Shown here: positions 48,930-62,180 of the stretch, one piece after another
How positions within the stretch are numbered: position 1 is the stretch's first letter
Layout: every line of letters starts with the position of its first letter
From: Psammoneis japonica
Lineage: Eukaryota
Reading direction: 5' to 3'
Assembly: GCA_008632985.1 (NCBI GenBank)
Contig: QPGO01000183.1
Span: forward strand, 1-64,000
Length of the DNA stretch: 64,000 bases
Made by a program: the position numbers and the translations under genes
Notes under the pieces: generated by a model
Told to the model about the DNA's origin: nothing
What the model saw: the letters and a program-made list of their open reading frames with translations, nothing else
Databases searched by the model: none

Positions 48930-49312
48930 CCTGCATCCACCAATAATCAGCAACTATTCTGCGCCCTCAAAACACAATGGCTTACATTTCTCCATCAGAT
49001 TACCCTCTTTGACTTTTTTATGATGCTTTGGAAACGATGTATGAACAAGTTCTCGATAGAAAAGCGTTGACTATGGGTGCTGTCTGTTCAGGGTTCAGCA
49101 AGAGCAATTTGATGGAAGATATGATGAGAGACCTGCGTGGTTTTCGATTCCTTCTGTTTAAGCGCAGCGGGTCACAACCAATCTGAAAGGATGTCTCATC
49201 CACTCAGGTCTCCGTAAGTCATTACGTAAATGACTGAAAAGTCACATGATTGCCACAGACAGTTGTGAAAGAGAACGCATCTGTCCAACTGAGCCAAAAA
49301 CATTATAGCCCA

Positions 49313-49615
49313 CATACTACGAATTGCAAGACAATTGCGCGATTCACGTGCCCGAAGGGTGATTGTTGAAATTCGAGCTTCGCGCACGTAGAGCCTGTAG
49401 AAAATGTACCAGCCAGCCCGAAGCTCCGATTTTCGTAGATCACGTAGGAGAGTACCACAAGGTCATTTGATGAAATGACTGGGACCAAAATGAAAATTTT
49501 GATACTACATCATACGTAGAATTGACATCTGCGCGAAGGGAGAATGTTGCTTCGGGCAACGATATTCCACCTTCGGGCACGTGAATCGCGCAATTGTCTT
49601 GCAATTTGTAGTATG
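49313..49615. mobile_element. ~300-bp MITE-like element with 46-bp inverted repeats (possible TA TSD, Tc1/mariner-like)
   Basis: 49313-49358 and 49570-49615 are reverse complements with one mismatch; the ends read TA|CTAC...GTAG|TA. Confidence 0.8.
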
Positions 49616-49719
49616 AAATTCAGGCTTAATTAAATGTGACGGTCATGTCAATGACCAAACTCGCTAGACCAACTGATCGGATTTGAGACACTGACTAAGA
49701 GGTTCTGTCACAGTGTCAC

Positions 49720-52700
49720 GCTAAAAATGAGAGATTTTGGAACAACTGGAAGCAGCGTTAAAATGTTGGCAGCCAAAGGAGGCCCAGAAGCACAAGCTGA
49801 GAAGAAAAAAAAGGACAAGAAAGAGGGAAAAGAAAGAAAGGGGGAACAAGAAAAAGAGAAGGTGCGCCAGATTGTCCGACGGTGGAGCTCAAGGAGGACC
49901 CAATGAAAACAACCCCCCTCTCCGCCCAGGAGACAAAACATTGCCTTGCTTTGTGAGCATTGGTGCTGGCAAACTGAGAGCAGAAAGAATTGACTTTCTT
50001 GCACTGAAGTGCAAATTTTGCTCACAGTCAAAAGATTCTTGATCCATGAAATGCATCATTTTCAACGAAGGAGGGCTGCTTCAAGATTCGTTTTCATCCA
50101 GCCATTTTGTCAAAAATGTGATGGTGCAACATGGGCTGTGGTTGCCATTTTAATCATCACCCTTTGCTTTGTCAAGATCGTCAAGTGTGGGAAAAGCTTT
50201 TGTCAAGTGATGGCTGCTCTGCTGCAGATGTTGCTCACAGTCCAAATCAAGCTGGGGGTGGGCACCATTTGCAGCCTGGCAACAACCTTGCCAAAAAAGC
50301 CTGCCCCAAGGACTTTTTGCTCCTTCTGGCAATTGATCCGGGCACTCATCAAGATGTGGTTTGTGACTTCATTGAACCAAATGCAAACGTGGTGTTTTGG
50401 ATGACCAAAGCCTTCATTGAGGCTTTTCCAGAATTTGCGACCTCAGCCTGAGTGTGGCAACCCATTTTTGAAAACTTCAATGAGCTTGTGGGCATCATCG
50501 CCAATCGCCCCACATGTGGACAGATGATTTGAGTGAGAGGTGGCTTTGGACAGGCCCTCCAGTCACGTGTGCTCATCCAGGGAGGCTTGGAAAAGTGGCT
50601 GTCAAAAGCTCTTGTTGTCAGCCGCTCATTGCAGCACGGACAAAATGTGCAAAAGGAGATTCAATTGGCTGGGTTGACAAAAACATTGTGGCTGATGCTG
50701 AGTTTGTTGCTCAAGTGATGGAGCCAAACCCATGGCTGATTTTTTGCACTTTTGATCAATTGCACAATGAGAGCTGCGAATCAGCCATTTGGGCAACAAG
50801 CCACAAATGCTTCCTGAGCAGTTGCTGTGTGGGCGCATTGAAGCAGCAGCAACACAGAAATCAGCTGATGGGTTGCTCTGGCCTGGGGCCTGTTTTGGTG
50901 GAAGAAAATTGGAAGAATTTTGTTTTCAAGCTGTCAAGGAATTGGCAGAGCATGATGACTTTGTGGGGGGATTCCTCTTTGCTGTTTGTTTGCACGGCAA
51001 TCAAAGAATGATGTGTGAGATGAGCCACACTCCCCTGTTGCTTGAGGAACATTCAGGACTTTGTGCCAAATGTGGCCAGAGTCCTGGTGGTTCATAATTT
51101 TCCAGCACTTGCCTGCACGCTTTTCCTCTTTCATTGCTTGAAATGCACAGTGCCTTGCAGTGCCTGTGTTTGGTCTGTGCAAGAAATGGATGGAAGCAGT
51201 TTCGCACTTCCAAGTTGGCTGGGAACAATCTTGGTTGTCTTGCATGACACACAATGGCATGACACATGCATTCAAAAGAAGCTCAGTTGTCCTGCTGATG
51301 ATCTCCACCCAGCCACATGCATTTTGCCACAGCGACAAATTGCTTGCATGATTTGTGTGTGCAGAAAAATTCAATGCTGAGCTGCTGTGCAAGCACATGA
51401 GTCCAGATTTCTTGTGTTTGAAAAGAGCAAATCTCACCCATTGCCATGTCAAAAAACAGCTCAGGGGTCTCTTGTTTGCCAAATGATGCTTTTCTCCAGG
51501 GTGAGCTCCACAGCAAGCCAGCGCCAGTGCTTTGCAGGTGTTGTCCCCTCTGAAGCTCCTCCAAGACATTGCTTCAAACTGCAACTCCTGACTCACACCC
51601 TGAAAAGTTCGCAGTTGAAGCTGATGCTTGCCATGGAGTGAAAAAGGAGAAGATGTTTGCTCCCTCTGCAACAGCTTTTGCGCATTCACAAGCCTGCATT
51701 TTGCTTGCCCACAAACCCGCGCTTGGAGCCACATCAGTCATTTGAATTTGCACCACAGCTGATGTGGTTTGACTCTGTGACATGCTTGATTTCTTTGTTG
51801 TTTTGGGGATGGCAAAGTGCTGCAGTGGCAACAATGCTTGACAGCCACCCAACAAAGTGGGTTGGCAGGAGCTTCTTTTTGCTGCATCAACAAGTGCAGC
51901 ATCTGCTGCTTCTTTTGGCAGCAAAAATCAGCTGTGCTCCAATGGCTTGGGAGAGAGCTGACTTGGACAACAAAAAGACACTTGGCACAGAATGTCTGCT
52001 GTGAAGCAGGTGTGCAAGAATGTCTGCTTGTCAGAGCAAGGCTCTCAGAGCTTGTTGCACAACCTTGTGCATGAACACAGGCCTGGGACATGTGCTTTGA
52101 GACATGTCATCATCTAGAGGCAGGGCTCAAGGTCCCCTGTGGCACAAGCCAAGAAGAATCTCAGTGCTGTGGTGGGTTCCTGGCACCAATGGTGTGCCAG
52201 ATGTTGTCCACAAAGTTTGGTGCTTTCTTTCACCTTCCAGTCCAAAAATGTCACATTTTGCTTTGTGTGCTCATTGTTCATTGGAGATGGCTGTTGGTTC
52301 CACCAACGCATCCTTTGCCCTCACTCATGCCTGCCCACTTTCTCATTTGTGGTTGGTGGTCCAAGTTCTTGCAAGATGCATGGCAACATGAATGGCCTTT
52401 TTGGTGCTTGTCATTGTCTGCTGGCACACTCGACTCTTTCTCCTCCGATTTCAATCACAATGTCATGTTCTTTTAGCTGTCCCAGCTCAGCTGGTGATTT
52501 GTGAAATGCTCGGTCAATGAGGGCACCCTTCACCTCCGGAAGCTCTGGCTGGCCCAGAGGAAAGCCTTCGTTTTGCTGCTGCGCCCATTCCGGTGTTGTG
52601 GATGCCACAGACAACTGGAGACTTCCTTGCCCAGCAATGTGCTGTGCAGCAAACATTGCACATTTGGTGATTTGCAGCTGGCTTGCAGCCCAGGTTGTTT

Positions 52701-53950
52701 GAATTCTTCAAAGTCTTGTTGCTGTGGCATGTTGCACCAAACAGCTGCTCGTGTTGCCTTGAGCCACTCCAAGCAGTTTACAAACAGTTGATGTCATGAC
52801 CTCTGTTGCAAGTTGTCCTGCGGCTTCAGCTCAGCAAGTGCTGGTGGCAGCCAGGTTTCCTTTTGCCACATTGGCGTGCCCTTGCTTTGTGATCATCTTG
52901 AGGCTGGCGGGGGTGGCCCATGTCATCTCGTGCCTTTGCCGCTCAGATGCAAGCCACTGCCCCAGACTGCGATGGCTGAAAAATTTCTGTGATTACCTGG
53001 GATGTTTCTTCTCTGTTGCCATGCATCTCAAAATCTTCAACAAGCAACTTGATGTCCACCACCAGGCACAGCTTGTTGTCAATGGCCTCCTGGAAGCTCA
53101 ACGGAGCCAGCTCACATGGTCTCATGTTCATTTTGGGCAATTCTCAGCACTGCTGCCACTGCGTCATTCCCCACATTTTGGTGTGAACTCAGTTAGCCAG
53201 CACATCGTCATTCTCTCCTGTCAGCTGGCACTGCCATTGGCCCAAGACAGGGGTTGTGGCTGACTCAAGACAAGGGTGTGGCAAACCCAAGCAATGTCCT
53301 GCACACTTGTCCCCAGATGCATTGCTCCAGCTTGCACAAGAAAGAAGACCACTTGGAGGATTGCTTGTTGACCTGCTTGGGCAAAGGAATGTTGGCAATG
53401 CTGCTTCAGTTGCACAACTTTTTTTGGCTGCAGGTGTGGACAGAAGGTGGCCCACTGAGAAAGCTGTGCTGTGCTCAAAGAAGCAACCCCCCAGTGGGTG
53501 GGTGGCTGGTTGGATTTGGCAAAATCACCTGATTTTGGCAAATTGAGAATCCCAACATCTGGGCCACTTTGGGTGGGTTGGACTGCCGCCACCTCCCAGC
53601 TGCTTGAGGTTCGCCCACGTTGTCGCCAAGCGGCGCTGCGCGCGTGCAGCAACACACGTGCAAGTGTTTGTTGTTGCTGGGAATGAATGAAAAAAGGAGC
53701 ATCAAATGCTGCTGCTCCATGATTGAAAGCAGCAGCACAATCTCTCTGTCTTTTTTCACAGAGGTTTTGTGAGGGACAGAGCTGCCGAGAAAAGTGTCAG
53801 AGAGACGTGCTGTCTGCCCTTGGCCTGCCTGAACCCCCATCTTTGCAAAAAATGGACTTGACTGTGTGTCACATGATCAGGGGGGCATTTTTGACAAACT
53901 TGTTTGCAGCAATCTTCCTGATAAAACGTTTGCAACAATGCGCCTGATCA
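49720..53950. other. TA-depleted island between genes, probable decayed repeat or transposon
   Basis: Abrupt loss of TA relative to the flanking genes; fragmentary Cys/His-rich ORFs; no termini identified. Confidence 0.65.
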
Positions 53951-54284
53951 GATGACTGTCAAGTCTATTTTGGAACAAAATGTGAGAAATCAACAGTTTC
54001 AGCCCACGCACAAAAACGGCACTGTAGTAGATTCTATGGACGTTCAGCACAGCTTCTCGTGCTGCCGACGTCATCGTGTTCAAGGTGACGTCGAACAGCG
54101 TTATGGTGTACTTTTTTGTCTAATGTCTTACAATGGTGACGTGGACCAAAAGAAGTACAGTAATCGGCCACGTCGTCCGAACGTGACGTGCGCATCGTTT
54201 CCTCTTCACAAAATAATACCGTACTTGTAACCTTACGGTCAACTTCACCCTCCCTCTCGCAAAGCACTGTGATCGGTGATCGTT

Positions 54285-55478
54285 ATGTTTCATCGAGCAG
54301 CTAAAAAGGTGCTGAACCGGCGAGCAAGTAAGAAGATGTGCGGACCAACTGAAGAGAAGAAAAAGAAAGAGGGCGATGCCAAGGAGAAAGCGCCGCCTTC
54401 GCCTGCCAGCACGCGCAGCAGTATTGAGTCTCAAGAGCGCAGCGTTTCTAAGAACAGGATAGTCCTCGCTTCGCAAGGCAGCACTCGCAGTTTGGGGGAA
54501 TTGAATGTCCGCAACGCTTACCGAGAAAGTTTCACTGTTCCTTTGCTGATTGACGGTCGAGATGCCGATGAAATAGAGCTCCCCCTGGACATCACAGACA
54601 AGGCAGCAATGGAAGCCGCTTCCACCGAGATTCAAGAAATGATTCAAGAGGAGGGGTCGATTACTGCCTCAGCGGCCGCCCGCATTATTCAAGAAAAAAT
54701 GAAAGTCCTTAAACTGCTGTGGTCTCACTTTCCTGGCGCCATGTCCTCAACTGAAGTGTTGGAAGGATTCAAGGACGTTCTCGAGAAGAGAGGGTACAAT
54801 GACGACAATACGTTGTTTGCTCAATCGATTTGTCCAGATGAAATAAACCACGAGGAGGGTGATATTACGGACTTGTTCACCAAGTACTGTGGTGAGGTAT
54901 TTCACATGGGAGGACTTGCCGGTATTCCGTTCACCGGTAAGGTCGGATTCGGAGCATTCAGCCACCATGTTCCCGACGACGGTCACTGTGCAATTTTGAT
55001 GGCTCCACACATTGGCATCGACGATCTGAGCAAACTGGGGGCGTACACTCGAGATGGACAGGCACACTCTGGATCTTGCTGCGGGGCTGCTGTCGGAGCG
55101 TACGTACACTGTCGTGCCAACAAACCCATTCCGGATCTTTCAGTAGATCCCGAGTTTTATCAGTTTAACTACATTATCAATCAAGTGCACAAGAACTTCG
55201 ACAAGGTTGTTGGAGAGACGGAGTGTGAGAAACAAGCATCGCTTGCCAGACTCATGCACAAGATCGGCACTGACATGTTGAAGAAGTGTGTAAGCGTTGA
55301 TTTTGGGTGCGACAAGAGTACCTTGGTGGTTTTGACAGGCATCCAAATTAACATGCCGCGTCCTTTTGACGACTTTTTCCTTCCGATAGAGTTCTACATC
55401 CTCAAGAAGGATGGTACAAAGAGGATGTATTTGAAGAAGCCTTTCGTTCTAGAATGTCGAAAGGCTCGCACTAGCTAG
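54285..55478 (+). CDS. LCIB: theta-type carbonic anhydrase / LCIB-family protein
   Basis: SICPDEIN, GGLAGIPFTGKVGFGAFSHHVP, PHIGI and SCCGAA motifs carry the Cys/His/Cys zinc ligands of the LCIB domain; charged N-terminal extension with no obvious signal peptide. Confidence 0.9.
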   Translation: MFHRAAKKVLNRRASKKMCGPTEEKKKKEGDAKEKAPPSPASTRSSIESQERSVSKNRIVLASQGSTRSLGELNVRNAYRESFTVPLLIDGRDADEIELPLDITDKAAMEAASTEIQEMIQEEGSITASAAARIIQEKMKVLKLLWSHFPGAMSSTEVLEGFKDVLEKRGYNDDNTLFAQSICPDEINHEEGDITDLFTKYCGEVFHMGGLAGIPFTGKVGFGAFSHHVPDDGHCAILMAPHIGIDDLSKLGAYTRDGQAHSGSCCGAAVGAYVHCRANKPIPDLSVDPEFYQFNYIINQVHKNFDKVVGETECEKQASLARLMHKIGTDMLKKCVSVDFGCDKSTLVVLTGIQINMPRPFDDFFLPIEFYILKKDGTKRMYLKKPFVLECRKARTS

Positions 55479-55787
55479 AGAGAGGTTTCTGTTAAGATCT
55501 GACAATCGGGTCTTTTTTAGTAGACCAATGCTACTGATCTAATTCTCCGAGGAGCGTTATTGAATGAGCTCAAAGAAGAAACGCTAACTAATATTGTAAT
55601 ATGTTTATAGTAGTTCCTAATCTCCAGTTGCTACCATGATGTCATAGTAGTTTCAAGCTGTTGCCATAATGATTGAACATCGCGAGGGTAAGAGCAACTT
55701 TGACGAGCCAGCGATTGACCCATTCACAAAACCCTCTCCAGAGAAACAACTAGGCTTCCGACTCGCCCCGCATAACGTCACTGTAGT

Positions 55788-57896
55788 TTACTCGCTTCGC
55801 AACCAGTTTGCCATTCCCTCCAATACGGAAGCAAGACCGTTTGCTAGATCCAAATACGGCGCCAGCACTGCGGCTGCTCCTACAACAACAACCAATGCCA
55901 TTGTCAAACGAAAAGGAATCACTGGAATGGGAGGCATTTTCATAACGTAATCTAGAACGAGCTTGGCCTTTCCTGGAGTGAATGGATGGTAACTGGTCGT
56001 TTGAACAAGAACGAGCAAATCAAAAACATGAGCAAGATAATGCCTCCGAGACTCCATCACATAATAGATTTCTTACCGTAGCATTCCAAATTCCAAACCC
56101 TTGCCACATGGTCGATACACACTGGCGTGTTTATGCGAAAAGGCATCAAACGAGTACTTGCCGTGGTAGGATCCGTGTCCACTGGTTCCCAAGCCGCCCA
56201 CGGGCAAAAATGGTGACGAGGTTTGAAAACCAAAGGCGTCGTTTCGTGTCGATGCCGCGCTCGGACAGGCATTTGTCAATTCTTCAAAGACATCTTGGGA
56301 TTTGGTAAACACATGAAAGACCAATGGAATACCAGGCTAAACGGAATTATAGTGACAAGAACAGATGAGAAACGCGTAAGATTACTCTTACAAATACGAA
56401 ACGCAAAAGCACTGTTGATACTCAATACGCACCATGTTTTGAATGAACTCGATTGCTTCTTGCTTGTTCTTGACCACAATGATCGGAAGAATGGGCCCAA
56501 AGATTTCTTCTTGCAACAATTTAGACGTGCGGGGTGGGTTCAGCACAAGGGTGGGGGGTACAAAGCGGGACGCGGCGTTGCAACAGTGTGGGCCACCACA
56601 CAAAATCTTGCCGCCATCCTTCATGAGCGACACGAGTCGATGGGCGTGTGAAGCACTGACAATCCGTCCCAATTCCGACGATTGCGGGTCTGCACCAAAT
56701 TGACTATCAAGAGAAACAGAGAGTGAGTTGAGATCCGAATTTGCAAATATTACGACTTAAAAAGTCAAATACGTACCGTTCCACCGCCTTGACAAGTTCC
56801 TTACACAAGACGTCTGCATGCTTTTCGTGCACCAACAAGTAATCCGGAGCCACGCACTAATGTATGTATGAATACAAAACATAAATAGCAATGAGTTGGA
56901 GTTCCACAGCAAGGTTTTCAAATTCCAAAACTCATTAACATACCGTTTGTCCCGCATTGAAGGTTTTGCCCCAAATGATGCGTTCCGCAACAAATCTCAA
57001 GTCGGGCGACGTTTCATCTACGTACACGGGTGATTTGCCACCCAGCTCCAAAATGACGGGCGTAAGCGTCTTGGCGGCAGCGGAGGCTACAATCTTTAAA
57101 AAGAGAGAAAAGAGTAGTTAGCAAGATTGATACGCTGTAGTTCCACCACTTTCACACACATCATACAGTGTGTGCTTACCCTTCCAACGCGTTCCGATCC
57201 GGTGAACAAAATGGTTCCCCATTCCTTCTCCAAGAGGGCCTCTGTTTCTTCAACTCCGCCTTGAACAACTATTTCAAAAAGAATAGAGAAAAAAGTGAGT
57301 GTCAGAAGAACGAGCTCTTACACAAGTCATGCAATACACATACACACATAGAAGTCTCTACATATACACACACCTTGCAAGACTCCCGGATCAAAATAGT
57401 GTGCTACCAATTTTTGCAGGAGCGCACTCGTGGCTGGACAAAGCTCGCTCGGTTTGATGAGGGTCGGATTGCCTGCGGCCAAACTGCCCGCTGCTGGGAT
57501 AAAGGACAGGTGGAGTGGATAATTAAAGGGTGCGATGATTAGTACGCCCGGTGTTCGCAGCGGTTTGTAAATGACTTGCTGAGTGGCAATTGCCAAAAAG
57601 GCTGGACACGGGACCTGTGTCGGTTTCATCCAATTTCGTAGGTGTTTTAGCTGAAAATCGATTTCATTTTCCACCATGACGAGTTCAGACGATATGGCTT
57701 CGACCCGTGACTTGCCTAAGTCTTGGTAGAGAGCGTGAATCCATTCTTCATAATGATTGGAAACAGCTTTTTTGAGCTTTTCAAGCTGTTGGACCCTCCA
57801 TTCATACGACAAGTTTTGCTGCGATTTGTGCGTTGCCTCCATGGGAGCAATCAAGGCGTCCACAGAGAAACCACTACTCTTGATTGAGACGGACAT
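55788..57896 (-). CDS. aldehyde dehydrogenase, ALDH3/fatty-aldehyde type, 7 exons: 57896-57374, 57268-57180, 57093-56944, 56856-56777, 56703-56433, 56336-56077, 55992-55788
   Basis: [40 protein letters not shown] and GSYHG motifs joined across GT-AG introns; C-terminal hydrophobic anchor. Confidence 0.93.
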
Positions 57897-58299
57897 GATA
57901 CTGGAATACAATAAGAAGAAGGAGCAGAGTTCTCGAGCTTTGTTAGTTGTGCTGTTGTTGTTGCTCTCTCTACAGCGACAGTGAACATCTCGAATCTCGA
58001 ATCATCATCCCTCCAACACGGGCGTGTTCCGTGTGTCGTCAGGCAGAAACTCCCTCCGACGCGGTCCGTGTGTCGTCAAATCAAACACTCCCCGTGAAAG
58101 TTCGACGTGAGAGTTGCAATAGCTCGAATAACTCGACTAAATATTTTTGATTTTTGCTTGTCCGTCATCCGCGTTCTCCGTGCTTTTTGTGTGGGAAAAA
58201 ACGCCGTCTCGACCATGATGAATGTGCTGTGCCGAGGTCGTCAATGTTGACAATTGAGGAGGAATCGGGGTATAATGGTCTCTCTTATCCCCAATGGAA

Positions 58300-61200
58300 G
58301 GACACTGTGTGGCGATTCCTCCTCAAAGTTTTGACTTTGGTGATGTTTTTTGCACCACCTCACTGGTTCGCCCATGCTCGCCTGTTGCCTGTGTTGCCGT
58401 TGCCGCCGACAGAGTGCGAGTGCACCCAAGACCTCACCAGCAGAGGTGCATGCCACCATTGATTCCTTCATTGCCATGGGTGCATGCCACCATTGACTCC
58501 TTTGTTGCCATGAGTGATCGATGGCACAACAGTTGTTGGTGGTTGGAGAATGAACAACAAAGTTTTCAAGTGCTTGAGATGCCGGAAGCTGTTGGACTGG
58601 GGATTTTTGATGGATCGGGCTCATCTGACCAAACCAATGTAAGAAGTTCTTTTTAAGTGACATTGCAACCATTGGCACTCCATTGTTGATGCAATGCATG
58701 CCCATGACAGTCATCTGGGGCTGTCAAGCTGGCTCATCTAAGAAACCAGTGTTGACAATCACTGCAAGGAGAGGCTCCTCAAACATTTGGTTTGAGCCAC
58801 GAAATGCACTCTCTAGGTTTTGCTGTGCCTGCAATGCAACAGGGGAACCAACACCTTGCCAAAGCATTTGAATCCATCACCTGGGCCTGCAAAACAATTT
58901 GAAGCACCATGATTTCTCAGTGGGGAGCTGTCTTGATGATTGTGTTGCCCCAGCACTCGCTGCGCACTTCGACATCTTCAGATTGGGTCTGGGCTCAATG
59001 GAGAGCCAAATGCAACCCAGTGCATGGCCAGTTCTGCAGTTGATGCTTGAGTGTTTTGATGGCTTTGCAGTCAATGCAAGTGGGCTGTGTGCCTGGACGG
59101 CGGACCTCTCTGTGAGTGTGCCTTTCCAGCCACCAGGTTAAAAATCTTAGTCTGATCCTCATGTGCAAGATGGTGGTGCTCTTTTGATTGGTTTCTTTCC
59201 ATTTAAAAGCCCCAAAAGTGTCGAACTCAAAAATGACAGAGTCTGCAGAACAGCAAAACCGTTGTTGTGACAATGCCGGCCCTCGAATGACCCACGCTTC
59301 TGACTTGCGCCAAAACATGAGCGAAGAATGCTCTCTTTGGCCAGCAGAACTCTTCTGATTCTTTTTCTTTGTGAACAAGAGGCCAGAAAGCTTCACCCCA
59401 ACAATGAAGAAGCCAAAAACAAAGGATTTTGTGAGCAAAACAAAAGAAAATGTTGCAAGGCTTGCCCTCGAGTGCTCACCTCACAACAAATGTTCTGGCA
59501 TCTGACTCATGATCCAAAGCATCAACAGAGATGCTCTCATCCAAATTTCATGATGCATCTCTTCAGAACAAGTTGCAAAGGCAACTTGGTCCCAAATCCA
59601 TTGAAGCATTAAAGTTTGGTCAACTGGAACTTCTGTCCAGACGCAACTTCGACTTGTGACAATGGGGATTTTGCGCGGGTCCTCCAGGTTTGCAAGCCAG
59701 AAACAAGGATGTTTTTGACAGTTTTCAAAACCAAAAAACAAGTCACATGTCTCAATGACAGAAAGAAAATGTGGCAGCTCCACAATGTCCCGACGAGTGT
59801 AAACTTGCTGCTTGCTGCGTGCGGAACAAACGGCTGTCAGAGGAACAAACAGGTGTCAGATGAAGCGCGGACAGACCACAAAGCATGGGAACTTTCACGT
59901 AGATTCTACGAGACAAAACAAAACACAAAGTCCAATTTTAAGTGCTGCTGCGCTTCCACCCTGCAACTCCAGCAACAAGCCAACCCACACTCCCAGTGCA
60001 CCAGGTGCAGCAGGAGAGCACACAACAATCAGCCAAGATCGGCACCACCCAGACAAATGCAACAGAAGAATCGATTTCTGTCGTCCCCATGCTTTTTGTG
60101 TGGCATTCGATGCTGACAATGGCGTGCCACCGGGGTGATGCCATTGATCAATTTGCATGCAACGAATGCACCAGACATGTCGTTTGGTGAGTGACAAGTG
60201 CAGACATGTGCCCACATTGACCATGGATGCAGGTTGTGGCTGAATTCAGGGCATCGTTGTCACCAGCTGTTTCTGCAATTTTCTACGTGAATCATGCGTG
60301 GCAACTGCACAGAAAATTGATGACAATGGCATCATCTCAAATGGTTGATTGGAGCACTCAGACAGGCAAGAGTGAGCCAAATGGTGTGTCATTTAAACCA
60401 AGTGCATTTGTGCTGTTGTGTGTGCATGCCTCAAATTAGTGTGGATGCTGTTTTCATCCCCATGTGGATGCCATTGTCGCTTCTCGTGTTGCGTTGCACT
60501 TTTGTGAGTGTCTGTCACATTTTTTGATTCAACCTCATCTTTTTTTTTGAAATTGCTCGAAATTGCCATGCAGTTGTTTTGCCAGAAAACCACCAGAAAA
60601 CTGGTGTCTGACACCTGTTTGTTCCGTTCACAGCTTGCCACCAGAATCAATGCGCACTCATCATGGTCGCCCACCAAAAACTTCTTTGGCTCATTGCGCG
60701 ACAATTTTGGAGAGTGATGACGTCATGGGACAAGATGATCCACACAGTGTTGTGGTGCTAAACATGTTGGGTGATGTTGACATGCCAGGTCTGTGCGCAG
60801 CTGACACCCCTCTTTCATGGGGTGCAAAAGCTGCCTCCGATGCGGTCCATGTGTCATGCGTCAGAAACTCCCTCCGACACGGTCCGTGTGTTGTCAAAAA
60901 CCCTTCCAACATGGTCCGCAGCCGTCGCTCATGCAGCGCCTCGCTGCACCTTCCAAAATGGGCTCCTGACCCTCCATGCACAATGGCCCATTTTCTTTGC
61001 AATGCATCCTTTGCATTGTTTTGGTTTTCACCATTTTCCTCATTGTCTCCAACCTCAGCACAGTTTCGTCGACCCTCTCTTCGTCATCCTCTCCACCTCT
61101 GAGCACCAACCCTTTGGTTTCCTTCCTTTCTTCAGCTGACTTCAAACAATGACGCAGCCCCACACCACCCCTTCCTGTCACCTCTGACAGCCCCGCCTCC

Positions 61201-62180
61201 CAAATTTCTCCACCCCGTCATCAACACAGCCCCACACCACCCCTTCCTGACACCGCCAACAGCCCTGCCTCCCGAATTTCTCCCCGTCCCGTCTCCGCCT
61301 CAACCACACCAACACCATCAGCAATTGCACCGGTCACCAACTGTGTCACTCTGCTGGATCAAAAGCCAGCAGCTTTCCCAAAACACACTCTTTGACCAGG
61401 CACCTGCCAGCTCTCTCTGCTGTTTGTTGCTTCAGCACGGATGAGTTGTTCCCCTCGACCCGGGCTCATTTGATGACCTTTCTGATTGCTCCTCTGAATG
61501 CAACCCTTCTGATGACTCCCATGAGTGCAGTCCTTCTGACGTTGATCCTCAATCCAACAATCATAACTGGACCACCACCCGAATGATTTCCTTCCTCCTT
61601 TCCTCGGTTTGTCCCACGAATGACAACGCCGCCGCATGCTCCATTGCTCCAACAACCTTTGACTCCCAAAGTTGGTGTCAACAAGACTTCCCAAATCTCT
61701 TCTCTCATCCTCCCCTGCATCAGCCTTGCTCCAACTTGGACTTGCCAGACCCAACTTGGCATGATGCCATTCTCCCACCGATCACCTTCCGCCCCAGTCC
61801 TCCACCTGCTCCCCATCTTCCTCCCTTTGCTGTCCTTCCTCTGCCACCCTGTTTTGCCCATTTTCTCTTCGATCCTTCAGCTCCTCCCTGCTCAATCACC
61901 AAGCTTCCATCCTTTCGTTGCCCTCCTCGAGTCTGCCATTTCCCCCACCAACTTGGCATCACCTCAAATCCATCCTTTTGTCCTTTCCTTGCACTCGCCT
62001 GCTGTGCCGTGGACCCCCGCATTTTCACACCATCACCAGACCTTGCCCTCCTCCTTCGCGAGTGCTTCTACGACAAGACAGCCTGTGGTGAACCTCCCCC
62101 TCCTTCGTCTACCGAGTTCCCACATCCCTTCTTCACTTTGACAACTTTCTTCTCTACATTGACAACTGCCTTGACAACTC
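58300..62180. other. second TA-depleted island, probable decayed repeat; pyrimidine-rich from ~61050
   Basis: TA nearly absent; two ~60-bp imperfect direct repeats at ~61156 and ~61227; no recognisable domain. Confidence 0.6.

Noticed and set aside
58044..58080. ~37-bp match to ~60862-60898
   Set aside because: Real similarity but no TSD or terminal structure; cannot define an element from it.
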